Positions 46,383 through 57,700 of a DNA stretch of 64,000 nucleotides are shown here, piece after piece (positions within the stretch are counted from its first letter, which is position 1; each line of letters starts with the position of its first letter). The position numbers and the translations under genes were made by a program. The DNA comes from Neophaeotheca triangularis (lineage: Eukaryota): positions 62,001 to 126,000 of the forward strand of contig BAAIJX010000041.1 of assembly GCA_054600435.1 (NCBI GenBank), given 5' to 3'. The notes beneath the pieces are model-generated. The model was not told the DNA's origin. It worked only from the letters and a program-made list of their open reading frames with translations, and searched no databases.

Positions 46383-46978
46383 TCACGCCTCATCGTCCTC
46401 TTCCTCGTCAGAAGAATCATTAGGCAGACGATTCGGCCTCCACCCGTAGACTGACATGTCGACCTCATACTCCCCCATGCGCCCCTGAACCGCCTCGACG
46501 CCTTCTGTCTCTAGGACCTCGGCTTGTCTCTCTGCGCCACCGGGTCCTCTTGGAGTCGCAAGGTCAATGGCGACTTCCCGCAGTTTCTGGTTGAAAGGAG
46601 CGTTCCTCACTTACCTTGGGCTGATACCGCCTTTGGAGTTGATTACTCGTTGCCAGGGAACGGTGTCGCTGTTGTAGCGGGCTGTCGGTTGGTCTGTCGC
46701 TGAGGGCAGGTGTTTAAGGCAGACGCCGACTTGCCTGGTCCCGTTTAGTTGTCGTTACGAGTAGGGTTGGAGGTCTCATTGTTGATCTCACCGAGCCCTT
46801 TGTGCTATCGAGCGTTAGTACGACATAACTTAATTCGAGATGCAATCTCAGAGTAGTGCTCACGGTAGCCTAGCAACAAAGCTATATGCCCGTACGATGT
46901 GACTTTGCCGTATGGTATCTGCTGAACGGCCTGGTAGACGGCCGCGAACCACATGGCCGCTTCATCTGTTTGCGGCAT
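46383..46978 (-). CDS. ATL1: Alkyltransferase-like protein (MGMT family, non-catalytic PWQRV)
   Basis: Exons 46978-46864, 46804-46792, 46734-46615, 46548-46383 give VYQAVQQIPYGKVTSYGHIA..PQRARQVG..VPWQRVINSKGGISPR. Trp replaces the catalytic Cys of PCHR. Confidence 0.9.
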
Positions 46979-47194
46979 CTTGCCGAACTGAATCACGGAG
47001 CCTTAAAACATTCGACAATGTTTGTAGAGTACTACAGCAATACTATGTCAGTCATCGACGACGAGTCACCTCACGTCCCTTCCGAACCGGGGTGAAGCTC
47101 GTGCCAAGTCTCGAAAGTTGTCCCTTAAAGCTATCACTTTGCCATTGGGCGAACACCAAACCCTCAAGTAATTGCACATGCACATCTCACAACC

Positions 47195-48960
47195 ATGAAA
47201 GGTGTAGAGGCGTTGTTGTGCCTTCAATATGCGGCCATAGCATACGCATCCACCGAGGGTCGGCCTCGAGGTGTGAGCCCAGAATGTGAGAGCATCCAAC
47301 CCGCTTCCTACACCAATCACTCCCAGACCGCCATGCTGACATTGTCGTAGTCGCCAAATTCTACAAAGACCCAAACACCTTCGCCTGCATTTCCAACCCC
47401 TCCATCTCCTTCCCCCTCTCAAAAGTCAATGACGACTACTGCGACTGCCCCGACGGCTCCGACGAACCCGGCACTTCCGCCTGTTCCTACATCTCCCCCC
47501 GATCGCCTCACACTCCCGCAGACCACACGGGCGGCAACAAGGTCAACAGCACTCTCGCGTTGCCGGGGTTCTACTGCAAGAACAAAGGCCACATCCCCGC
47601 CTACGTGCCCTTGACGAACGTCAACGACGGCATTTGCGATTACGAACAGTGCTGCGATGGGAGCGAGGAGTGGGGGAGTGTCGGCGGTGTCAAGTGTGTG
47701 GATAAGTGCGAGGAGATTGGCAAGGAGTGGCGGAAGCAGGACGAGGCTAGGCAGAAGAGTTTGGGCAATGCGGGGAGGAAGCGGAAGGAGCTTGTCGTGG
47801 AGGCTGCGCGTTTGAAGAAGGAGGTCGAGGATAGATTGCAGAGTTTGGGCACGGAAGTTGAGGGTGCCGAGCTCAAGGTTAAGCAGGCTGAGGGGGAGTT
47901 GGCGGAGGTTGAGAGGAAGGAGAAGAGCAGGATGGTGAAGGGGAGTGTTAGTGAGAAGGCTGGGAAGGTGGGTGTGCTGGTTGGATTGGGCCAGCAGAGG
48001 ACCCTGGAATTGAGAGAGTCGTTGCAGAGGGTCCGAGATGAGAGGGATCAGGGCAGGCAGCACTTGCAAGAGCTCGAGGGCATCTTGAGTACTTTCAAGG
48101 AGGAGTACAACCCCAACTTCAACGACGAGGGCGTCAAGCGAGCTGTCAGGGCGTGGGAAGACTACGCTGCTCGCGATAAGGGCCCTCAACCGGACGCCGC
48201 GCACGACCGCGACCTCGACGCCATCACCAAATCGGACAAGGAGAACGGGCTCGACTGGGAGCAATTTGAGGAGGCCGAAGAAGACGACACTGCCGTCCTC
48301 TACGCTTTCGAAAACTACCTCCCGCCCACCGTACGTGACTGGGTCGACGCCAAACTCCGCGACCTGCGCGCCCTCCTCATCGACAACGGCATCCTCGCCG
48401 ATAGCGGCAGCAGCACCTCCAGTAGCGGCGATTCCAAAGCCACCAAAGAAGCGCGCGACCGCCTCAAATCGGCCGAAAAAGACCTGGAAAAACTGCGCAA
48501 AGACCTTAAAACCCACACCGAGGACCGCGACAAGGACTACGGCGCCGACGACGTCTTCCGCGCCCTCAAAGACACTTGCATCCAAAAGGACAGCGGCGAG
48601 TACACGTACGAACTCTGCTTCCTCGGCAAAACGAGCCAGAAACCCAAAAAGGGCGGCGGCAACACCAACATGGGCGCTTTTGTGCGTCTGGAGACGGTGA
48701 CTGTCGACGAAGACTTGCCGGTCAATGGCAAGGGCGTCGGTGCCGGCGAGCGCATCGCCATGAAGCATGAGAATGGCCAGCATTGCTGGAACGGGCCGAA
48801 TCGGTCTACTCAGGTCGTCCTGGCTTGTGCGGAGCAGAATGAGATTTGGAAGATTATGGAGGAGGAGAAGTGTGTGTACCGGATGGAGGTGGGGACGCCG
48901 GCGGTCTGTGGGGTGGAGGTTGGCGGCGAGGGGAGGGAGAGGGTCAAGGATGAGTTGTAG
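47195..48960 (+). CDS. GTB1: Glucosidase II beta subunit (PRKCSH/Gtb1)
   Basis: Signal peptide, intron 47286-47350, VNDDYCDCPDGSDEPGTSAC, VNDGICD..CCDGSEE, MRH domain GQHCWNGPNRST..EEKCVY, C-terminal KDEL. Confidence 0.95.
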
Positions 48961-50090
48961 GACTAGGGGGTTTTCCACGCTCGGGGTGAGAGCGAGGCTG
49001 ATTTGTGCGTATATAGACGTGTGTAAGGTGTTTTTACATTTCCTACTCACCTGCTGTCGCTCTCGCGACTCGGGCCTTTGTGTGATTTGCGTCTTTCTCC
49101 CGCTGCTTCGACGGTTCGGTACTTGCATGCATGTAACCACCATCAGACCGGCCGCCGCCGCCGCCCGTCTCTGCCTGCCCCACAAAACTCGTAGCAATAC
49201 ATACTCCCCCTAAGACCGCGCGACCGCATTCTGCGCTGACGGCTCGAATCTCGCTCGACCACGACCACGACCACGAGTCTGCAGGTGCTCCTACCTAACC
49301 TAATCCAGCGATTGTGCTCTCGCCGGGGCCGGGATGGCGTCCAACGGAAACGCCTAGGTGACGGCATCCATCGCCACGCCTGACAAGTGCGCTAACACAA
49401 AAACAGGTGAGGGTGAGGGTGAGGGTGACAGTAGTGACAGGGCAGCGAAGGGTTTCGTCAGCTCCATTCGTCATTTCGCCTTGTTGGAGCAACCACGGAT
49501 CTTAGGGAGATGTGTCATTCTGTCGGTGAGGGTAGATAGATACTTATTACCTGGGGGCAGCTGCATCCGGGGAGATCCGAATAATGATACAATGCTGTCG
49601 CTTCTCCTTTGCTCGTGGGAAGAAGGTTGAATGTTGCAGCGCTGAAACAGACGGGGAAGAGTCGAAAACATCTCCTGCGTCCTCTTTCCGACACAACCTA
49701 TGCAAGTTGTCCGCGGTCCCATTGTTATATGATGTATTGCTGTTAACTTGACTTGTTGTGAAGCTAGCCCACTAACAATACAAGGCAGGCTCTTGAGTCT
49801 TGTTAGCAGCAATGATACCTACATAGGTACGCATGCATACAGATTACTACGTGCATGTACTAAGGGATGTGCGCCGCACTGATTGCTTGTCTGCGGTGGG
49901 TCATGGATTGCCACTAGTCGGTGCCTCGGAGGTGGCAATAGTGTCGGTTATGGCCGGTAGTTCATAGACCCCTGTCTCTTAGCGGTATCAAGTTGCGGAG
50001 CTCGGGGGTGTTGTAGTAGATGTTGCTGTCTAACATAGTGGTATGAGGCTCTAATTACTAATTGCTTTTGTTGTTTGCCGCTCTATTACC

Positions 50091-51197
50091 ATAGTGGTGT
50101 CTGTTTGCCGCCGGAGGCTTATTACTATGATGCTCATCATGTAACGTCGCCGTCGTCGTAGCCGTACGGACGCTCTTAGTACTTTATAGGGGGATACTGC
50201 GTCTAATAGACGTATCCGTCTTGGCTAGGGTAGACACTACTTCCCTACTAAAGAATGGAGTCTCGATTAGTGGTTAGAAGACTAGACTATAATTAACTAC
50301 GTCCGCTTTAACCGTGAATAGGTTAAGGAGCTAACGAGCCTACTTAGTATTAGCAATATTATCTTTTTACACCGTCTTTAAGCTAGTCCGGAGGCTACTC
50401 TCTATGTCACATTAAAGCGGCTTGTATACCTAGTAAGGTAGAAGGACCTAACAGCTAAATTTAGCCGCTTACGTACCTAGTTAAGCCGCATATTTAACGA
50501 CGTGATAGAGCACCTTAATAAGCGATATTCCAAGCTCTTATAATAGTACCCGCGCCTTAACAACTATACTAATTTGCTCTAGTATAGCTATACTGTTAGG
50601 GTCGGAGGTGAAAGAGATCTAATATAGGGCTTCGTAGATAGAACTTTTAGAGCTTTTAAGCGGCTAGAACAAGACTAAGCCGATTAGTACTCTAGTCATA
50701 AGAAGGCTTATAGCATGAAGTTCTAAGGGATATGTACGCTAGACGGTCTTATTACTACTCTTAAAGGGCCTCGTCATAGTAAGGAAAACGATAGTTAGAC
50801 GTAGAGGCAATTAATCGTGCCGAAGAGGCTTCGTGAGGTGTTCTAAGACCGGTAAGACAGGCTAAGGGTATAGCTATATAGGGATCTAGCCTATGTTAGT
50901 AGATAGGGGCTAATAGGCCCCTTTAAAGGAGGAGCCCTTAAAAGATAGTAACACTAGTTAAATAGGCGCTTAAGTAGTGTAAGGATCTTAGTAGAGCATG
51001 CCTTTAGTTTTGTCGCAAATCAATAGGGGTATGTAGACTAGTAGAAGTCTCTTTAGAAGGGTAAGCAGCTAGTAGGCTCTTACTACAAGGTCTCTATACT
51101 TATAGCTAATCTCCTAGTCTACGTAAATAGGAACTAAATTAGCACGAAGTATAAGTACATACTACTAATAATAGAGCAATACCTAGTAGGTGAATAG
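50091..51197 (+). pseudogene. Harbinger-type (DDE_Tnp_4) transposase relic
   Basis: One frame of 369 codons with many TAA/TAG stops. De-RIP reading gives the HTH region (KRLAYPVRWKDL..FGRS), IWGFVDGT, YSGHKKAHGMKFQGICTPDGLI, GP..GKEND, LYGDPAY, NRRLSSVRISVEHAFG. Confidence 0.85.
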
Positions 51198-51269
51198 GTA
51201 GTGGTGTTAGTATAGGTTAGAGTAGTAGATGTAGTAAGATATTTCCTAATTAGGTAGCGCTAACGAGTA

Positions 51270-52471
51270 CTACCTTGTTGCCTAAATTACTCTATACTAT
51301 AGTCTTATCTACCTCTTACTACGTCCTAACCTTACTAACTCTACTATAACACCCTTAAACCCTATACTCTGTTACCATATAGCCTCCTACTTCCTCTCTA
51401 TACTACTAATGCGCTCCTCTAACCGTATAGCCTCCTAATAAGACTATGTCAAAAAATCCACTATGGCGTCGGTTAGCTAGTCGTCATTTTACTGTCACGA
51501 CTGAGTTTGTGGGTCACGTGCGTCGTCACGTGACGCCAAGACTCAAGCCTATATAGGTATGATGTCGATATTCACTATAGGAGGTGAATATTCCTAGTCT
51601 TTTGCACTTTATGGCGAACTAGTTAGTGCACGAGGTAGACATCACGTGATACGCACAGTTCTCACATTTACGTAGACCTCTATTAGAACTAAAGGGTCTA
51701 TAACTACAGACTCTACTCTCTTCGAGGTATACGACGAGACTAACGAGAAGAGCGCTTAGATCGCGAAGGAACATACTCCTCGGTTTACTCCTGTTCTAAC
51801 TCCGATTTAGAGACTCCTAGTGTTACGCTCTTATCGTTAGCTCGCTCTACCCTCTCCTTATCGATACTAGTTAGTAAGAGAGCCTTACGCGCGCGGTTAG
51901 CCTATCGCTAGTAATAAGCCTAGACACTAGAGGCTAAAGCACGCTCTTTTATGGCTCGGTTACTAGTAGTCTAGGTGTCTATCTAGTAGTTAATTGCCTC
52001 TCCTAGACGGGTCTTATCCTCGGTTCTAATACCCTCCTCACCGTCCTTTAGGTTATCCTTACGCTTCTTTATAAGGCGGTCTACACTAGTCCTTAAGGTA
52101 GTATTAGTAGTAAAGGACATACTAGTTGTTTCACTAAACTAAAGTGACACCTTTGTCTAAAACGACTTCTTACCGAACAAGTCCCCTTAGTTAATAAGGG
52201 CCTAAAACAGCTCTCTTTGTTACGACATAGTGAGGCTATTTTTTAGTATCCCTCTCTTATGTTTACGACCTTACGACTAGCTATCTTACGACTAGCCACC
52301 TTACGACTAGCTACCTTACGACTAGCTACCTTACGACTAGCTAGGTGTCTATAAAGGACTCTAAGTAAAGGGAGTCTATGACGGTTACAAGCTGCTTATA
52401 GGCGGAATAGACTATACCGTCTTCTTAACGCTCTAAGCCGGAGCTAGTGTTAGTGTCGCTAGCGGTAGCAT
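51270..52471 (-). pseudogene. Second ORF of the transposon (putative Myb/SANT-like DNA-binding protein), interrupted by a solo LTR; 3' end approximate
   Basis: ATG 52471. A single frame with RIP stops reads ..RELF*ALIN*GDLFGKKSF*TKVSL*F..LRTSVDRLIKKRK.. and continues in frame when the LTR and one TSD copy are removed. Confidence 0.65.
51493..51666. mobile_element. Solo LTR (174 bp) nested in transposon ORF2
   Basis: Begins TGTCACGAC, ends GTTCTCACA (TG..CA), flanked on both sides by TTTAC (51488-92, 51667-71). Internal TATATA. Confidence 0.8.
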
Positions 52472-53106
52472 GGTGTACAATCGAGGCCGTAGTTAAATAG
52501 CAACATGGCTGTTATGTAGCTAATAAAATGGCGCTCTATAGGTATTATAGGTATGTGATAGATCTATAGTTATAGATAGAGAGCTGATGACAAGAGTAAC
52601 TAACTACTACTATAGGTGCATATACTTTATGCCTTTAGACAAAACGACGTTAGTATCCGGTTCTACATTCACTAATAAGCTCACACTAGTGACCAAACCA
52701 TACCCAAAAGAGAGCTGATTGCAAGACAATCAGACTAATACTATGGCAATTAGCAGGGGTACCGTATCTACCGACGGACCGCATACCTATTGGCTGGACT
52801 AGAGCCAAGAGACAAGCAATCAGTGCGGCGCACATCCCTAACTGTATGTACCGTCTCCTGCATACATAATTTCCACAGCCGTAGATTTTATCCTTGTCGA
52901 TTTCCACAACCAGTCTCCTGGCACCATCCTTGCGCACGATGTTGATTGGTCTTTTGATTGGAAAAATCGGTCATTACCTTACTCGCATCGGGGGGATCGG
53001 GAGGGAAGAGAGAGGTACGCTAGAAACGGGTCGTCGTTTTTCTAAAGTCTCGGCTACCGAGAGCCCCGCGAGGCGCGATAGACTTTTCCTTCTGTTCGCT
53101 TCGCGG

Positions 53107-53107
<1 letters not shown>

Positions 53108-53149
<42 letters not shown>
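53108..53149. repeat. (AAT)14 microsatellite
   Basis: Read directly from the sequence. Confidence 0.95.
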
Positions 53150-54770
53150 CATGATGGAATTCCGTCTTCTTCACGCTCTTTCCTTGCGTCGTGCCATGCC
53201 ATGCCATGCCATGCCACGGATGTCACCTCACGTGGGAAATATCGTGGGCTGCGACGACGTGTCGGAATACTTAGGTAGGTACAGATGCCTTTTCTGCTTC
53301 TTTGTCGCGAAATCAGGGGCGACAGCTCGACGTGTAACTGATTGGACTCGGGACGTACAGTATACTTTTTAGGTTACTTGTACCTGGCATTAGTGCGTGC
53401 TTGTATGGGCTGAAACGGCCAGCTACCTACCTAGGTACCTTACTTACCTACTGTACCTTACCTAGTACCTCCCTACGGACCTTCTCCTGAAACGCGCATC
53501 CACTTTTCCATACCTGGCGTGAAGATCAAGAGGGAGACCGCAAGGTGCCTGCCCACTATCATTCGCTGGCTGGATTTGCAGAGAACCAGAAAATGTGCGA
53601 AACGGAGCCTCAATGGAGCTCTGCTTCGTCTGCTCATTCGCTCGTGCCTGCTGTAGCTACTACCTAGCTAGTCGTCTTGACTAGATCTTCCGGCACTTCT
53701 TGCTTCATCTTGACGCTGCAGTCGACCAAATCGGCAGCCACCCGTCTTCACCAGCGTCATGACCAGTCGCACCATGCCGTAGATTGTCTAATACCTACTA
53801 CCTAGACAACTAGGTACGACCTAGCTGGATAGCAAAACCTACCTAGCGGTCCTAGCCTGTAGCAACCAAGACGAACTAATACTATAGGCCAGGCCGAGGG
53901 CTAGGAAGAATCCAGTGCTGAGGTGCTCCCCTTACTCCTTGTCCTTGCTCCTCCTCTGCCTCTGCCGAAGCTACCCCCCCCCGGGTCATCACCACTAGTT
54001 CGGGAACCTCACAGACCTCGAGGCTTGCTAGGTACCTACCTAGTACCTGGGCTACCTTACCTAGTATTCTCTCTTTCATCTCAGTCATCTGCACGTTGCC
54101 GCCCGCCCTGCAATCATTTCTGCAGACTACCGACGATTTTCTGGCTGGCCGGTACCGACTCGCCAAATAATCTTCCTTCGCGTCCATTTACCGCTCATAT
54201 ACCACGCGTTCATCTAACATCTGTTCTGTCGAATCTCAGCGCGCCTACAGTACTCCAAGAAACTCGAGTGCGACCATCGGAAAGTCGTCGATCCAACGAG
54301 TGTGTTTGGCAGTCAGACGTAACGCTGCATTCCGGACCTTCGTCCCTAGCAGATTGCGTTCAGGTCGGGTACCTGCTTTCGTGATACTCCACTACCCGTC
54401 GACAATCCCGAGTAGAAAGCGACAACGTAATATCATCAATACTTAAAGGCACCCAAATCGGGAACAAGAGAGGGAGGCACAGCGTCCTGGCTGGAACATG
54501 TTCGATTGGAGTAATTGAAAGAGTCGGGACCACACGAAGAGAAGCGGGTTCTGAGAGAAGAGATAACCCCTCGAGAACCCTGCGTTTGCCCAAAACACCT
54601 TCGTTTCCGTGCATTCAAACGCGGTGAGGTGACGTTGGCAGAGGTCGTTGGCTTGCCCCTCGAAAGCCGCTGTCACGCTGGGTCCAACTTCACTACACGC
54701 ACTGTGAGTCCCCTGAGTTTCTTCCTCCTCTCCACCAACTCCCACCAAAGCATCTTTACACACCGCAGAC

Positions 54771-57700
54771 ATGGATCCGCCTCCCGACAGGCCCAGGCTC
54801 TTGCGCAAGCAGAGATCGTCCACTAACCTCCTCAAAGTCACGATGAACAGGTTTCTCAACAAGAAAAAGGCCGCTGAGCCTGCGAGCGTGAACAGCGATG
54901 CTTTGAACGCTCTTTCGGCGCCCGCACCCACTTCACCGACGCTCAAGAAGAGCAAAACCAGTCGATGGAAGAAGGGCAAGCAACCGCCACCCGAGGAGCC
55001 CAAACCCGAGATCAATTACACCGCTGCATTACCGGATACGGATGACTTCAGGACGAGCTTGTTAATGCCGAATCTGTCTGCGCGCTTCAGTATGCTGAGG
55101 GAGCAGGACGACCCAAGCTCGAAACTCGGCAAGGCCAGCGACGACAGTGTGCTTCAGCCTAGAAGGCGCTCGCGCATGATGGACTACGGTTTCGGCTCTA
55201 GCAATGGCTTGGGGGACATCGCGGAGGTGGCTTCGATGAAGAGCTCCATTCGCCCCCCTTTTGTTGAGAGCAATAGAGCGGATTCGTACGGCTCGGCAGA
55301 CGGCTACGGGACGGATGACGAATCGCACGGAGCGGGCATGATGGCGAGGTCGAGACCCGGTGAAGGCAACAATCTTTTCGGCGGGAGACAGAAGGTTTAC
55401 AAGATTCCCAACAGTGGCGCGAATTCCACGAGGAGCCTGGGCAAGGCCGTCTACGAAGATGATGTGGGACTTTCGGCTTTTCAGAGACACAAGATACGGG
55501 AGAGGGAGAGGCTGGAAAGGGAGAGGCTTGGGCTGGAGGATACGCGAGGCTCGGAAGATAGCCAGACGTTCGATTTTGGTGATCTCGGGCAAACGACCTC
55601 TGGGGATCAGGAAGAAAGATCTACGCCGACTCTTGATGACTCCCACAAGGCATTGACACATTCGCCATCCCTTTCCTCGCGAGAACCGAAACGATCGACT
55701 TCTTCCACGGGCCACTCTGATGCACGCTCTTCCACAGCGGCGACATCGGTTGCCTCACAATCAGCGACTTTGCCTACAGCTGCGCTAATCACAACACAAA
55801 ATGCCACGCCTACGGCTGCTCCGGCGACGCTTGAGCGCTCCGGCACGAAGAGTCGGAAACTGTATGAACCAGCTCTTGACCAGCACAATCTCGATCAACA
55901 GGCTTCTACACTCACGCATTTCAATTCGATCTCACGAATGAGAACGCAGAATGGAACCAAGTCCCCTCCGTTCTTGCAGACAGCCAAAAGTGCCGGTAGC
56001 CTGCAAGAACGAAATCCACAAAATGTGCACGCGATCTTGAGATCGCAAAGTCCGCCGCCCATTGCTACTTTGCACGCTTTCCAGAGAAACGCTTCGCATG
56101 GGAACAGTCCGATCACCAGCCACCCTTCGTCACCAATGAGCCCTTCGCTCGCGCATTTTGAGGAAGACAACGCCCTGAACAAAGCGCTCGAGCCAAGCGA
56201 CAGAGGCAAAGCGACTGCCATGGGCGCCTTCAACAAGCCAAAGCAGGCTTTTGATGAGAATCAATATTTGGAACGACAACGGCAGCTCCAGCGATCTGTC
56301 TCAAGTGCAGGGGCAAAGCAGACCGCATCTACAACACCAAGCGCCGCACAACAGCGCATGGGTCGATTTGAGCAAGAGCGGGAGCGCAGTGACTCGGCGG
56401 CATCTAACCGCGAGAGATCTCGATCCGCCTCGAAAACGCTAGAGCCCGGCAAAGCCTTCAACGTCTTCCAGAACGCGGCATCTCAGATACGCACTACCAC
56501 AGCCACGCCGCAGTACGACAAGGCCGCCCTACCGGACACACACCGCACCTTTTTCGGAAACATCAGCGCTAGCGATAGCGAGGATGACGACGAGGACGCG
56601 GCGCGTGTGGACCCAAATTACTCTTCCCCTGACTACGGGTATCCAAGCGCGAGCTACGGACGCTGGCAGCCGTCTGTGCTACCTTCGGTGTCGGAACACC
56701 CGGCCCTGCGGTCTCATCAGTCCAAGGCGAGTTTGGCTGAGGAGGACGAGCTGGAGTACGAAGCGCAGAACTACGACCCCCAGCCACCGGTTCCCTCGGT
56801 CGCTCAACCCGTGCAGCAAGAAGTGGTGGCACCGTATGCGAATACTCCGGATCATGACTCGCCGACTCTTCCCACGGGCGTCGCGCCGCTGAACGGCTTG
56901 GTGCAACATCTACGGCAAGAGAGCAATCAGTCTTCTCTGTACGCTGCTACCGAGGCGAACACGGACGGAGACTCTCCCTACCAGCAAAGAAGATACGGCG
57001 ATCCTAGGAACGATTATGACACAGCGCTGCAGTCAAGAGTTGAATCTGGGTCTGCCAAGTCGAACCCCTGGGACCTCGAGGACATGGATGGTGGCTACTA
57101 CGTCAACAACGATGAGTACCAAAACTCAGACAGTCCTGTCAACGATGCTCGTCCCCGTGCGCCTTCAGCTACATCTCTGGCTGGTTCACGAGCAAACGTT
57201 CACAGCGGTCGTGTTTCCGAAGCCTCGCAAGGCAGCGCCGGGCAAGACTGGCAGCGCGAGCTCCGACGGGGCCGTCACAACCGTGATGCCAGCACGGCGA
57301 CGCAGCAGGAACGCGACGCTTTTGCGAGCGAGCTGGCGCAGCGCCAAAAGGCCATTCAAGAAAACCTCAAAAGCATGGCAGAGGGCGGTGGCGGCAGCTC
57401 CAGCAGGGGCACTAGTCCTGCTCCCAGCACAAGTGGCGCTTTCAAAGCTTTCGGCATGCTGCGAGCGAAATCTAGCAGGGATTCTTTCGTCGACAAGCGT
57501 AACAACATCGAACCCGCGGCTTCTTCCAAGGCCATGAAAATGCTGGGTCTTGGCGCTCCAGCTAGTACTCCGGCTCTGAACTCGCAGTATGAGCGGAGCG
57601 GGTACAGTTTCGAGAGCGGCAGGCCGAGGGGCAATTCCGCGAGCAGGAGCTCTCCAATGCTTGCGCAGCAGAGGGCTTTTGGGCACGAGTCGCCGCACCA

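Larger units (their letters stand above)
49898..52705. mobile_element. RIP-degenerated PIF/Harbinger-like DNA transposon with two convergent ORFs; boundaries tentative
   Basis: TpA-rich, CpA-poor block with a DDE_Tnp_4-like relic on + and a second ORF relic on -. Imperfect inverted ends GGGTCATGGATTGCCACTAGT (49898) / ACTAGTGACCAAACCATACCC (52685-52705). No TSD recognised. Confidence 0.8.

Noticed and set aside
47419..49197. 592-aa antisense ORF (likewise 37225-38412, 1010-1777, 32607-33398, 23017-23826)
   Set aside because: Shadow frames of well-supported genes on the opposite strand; biased codon usage suppresses antisense stops and no protein motifs are present.
51447..51666. Alternative longer LTR starting TGTCAAAA at 51447
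   Set aside because: Flanks GACTA and TTTAC do not form a TSD, and 51447-51492 reads as part of ORF2; the 51493 start has a perfect TSD.
52270..52344. CRISPR-like array
   Set aside because: Head-to-tail 15-bp repeats without spacers, inside a eukaryotic transposon ORF.
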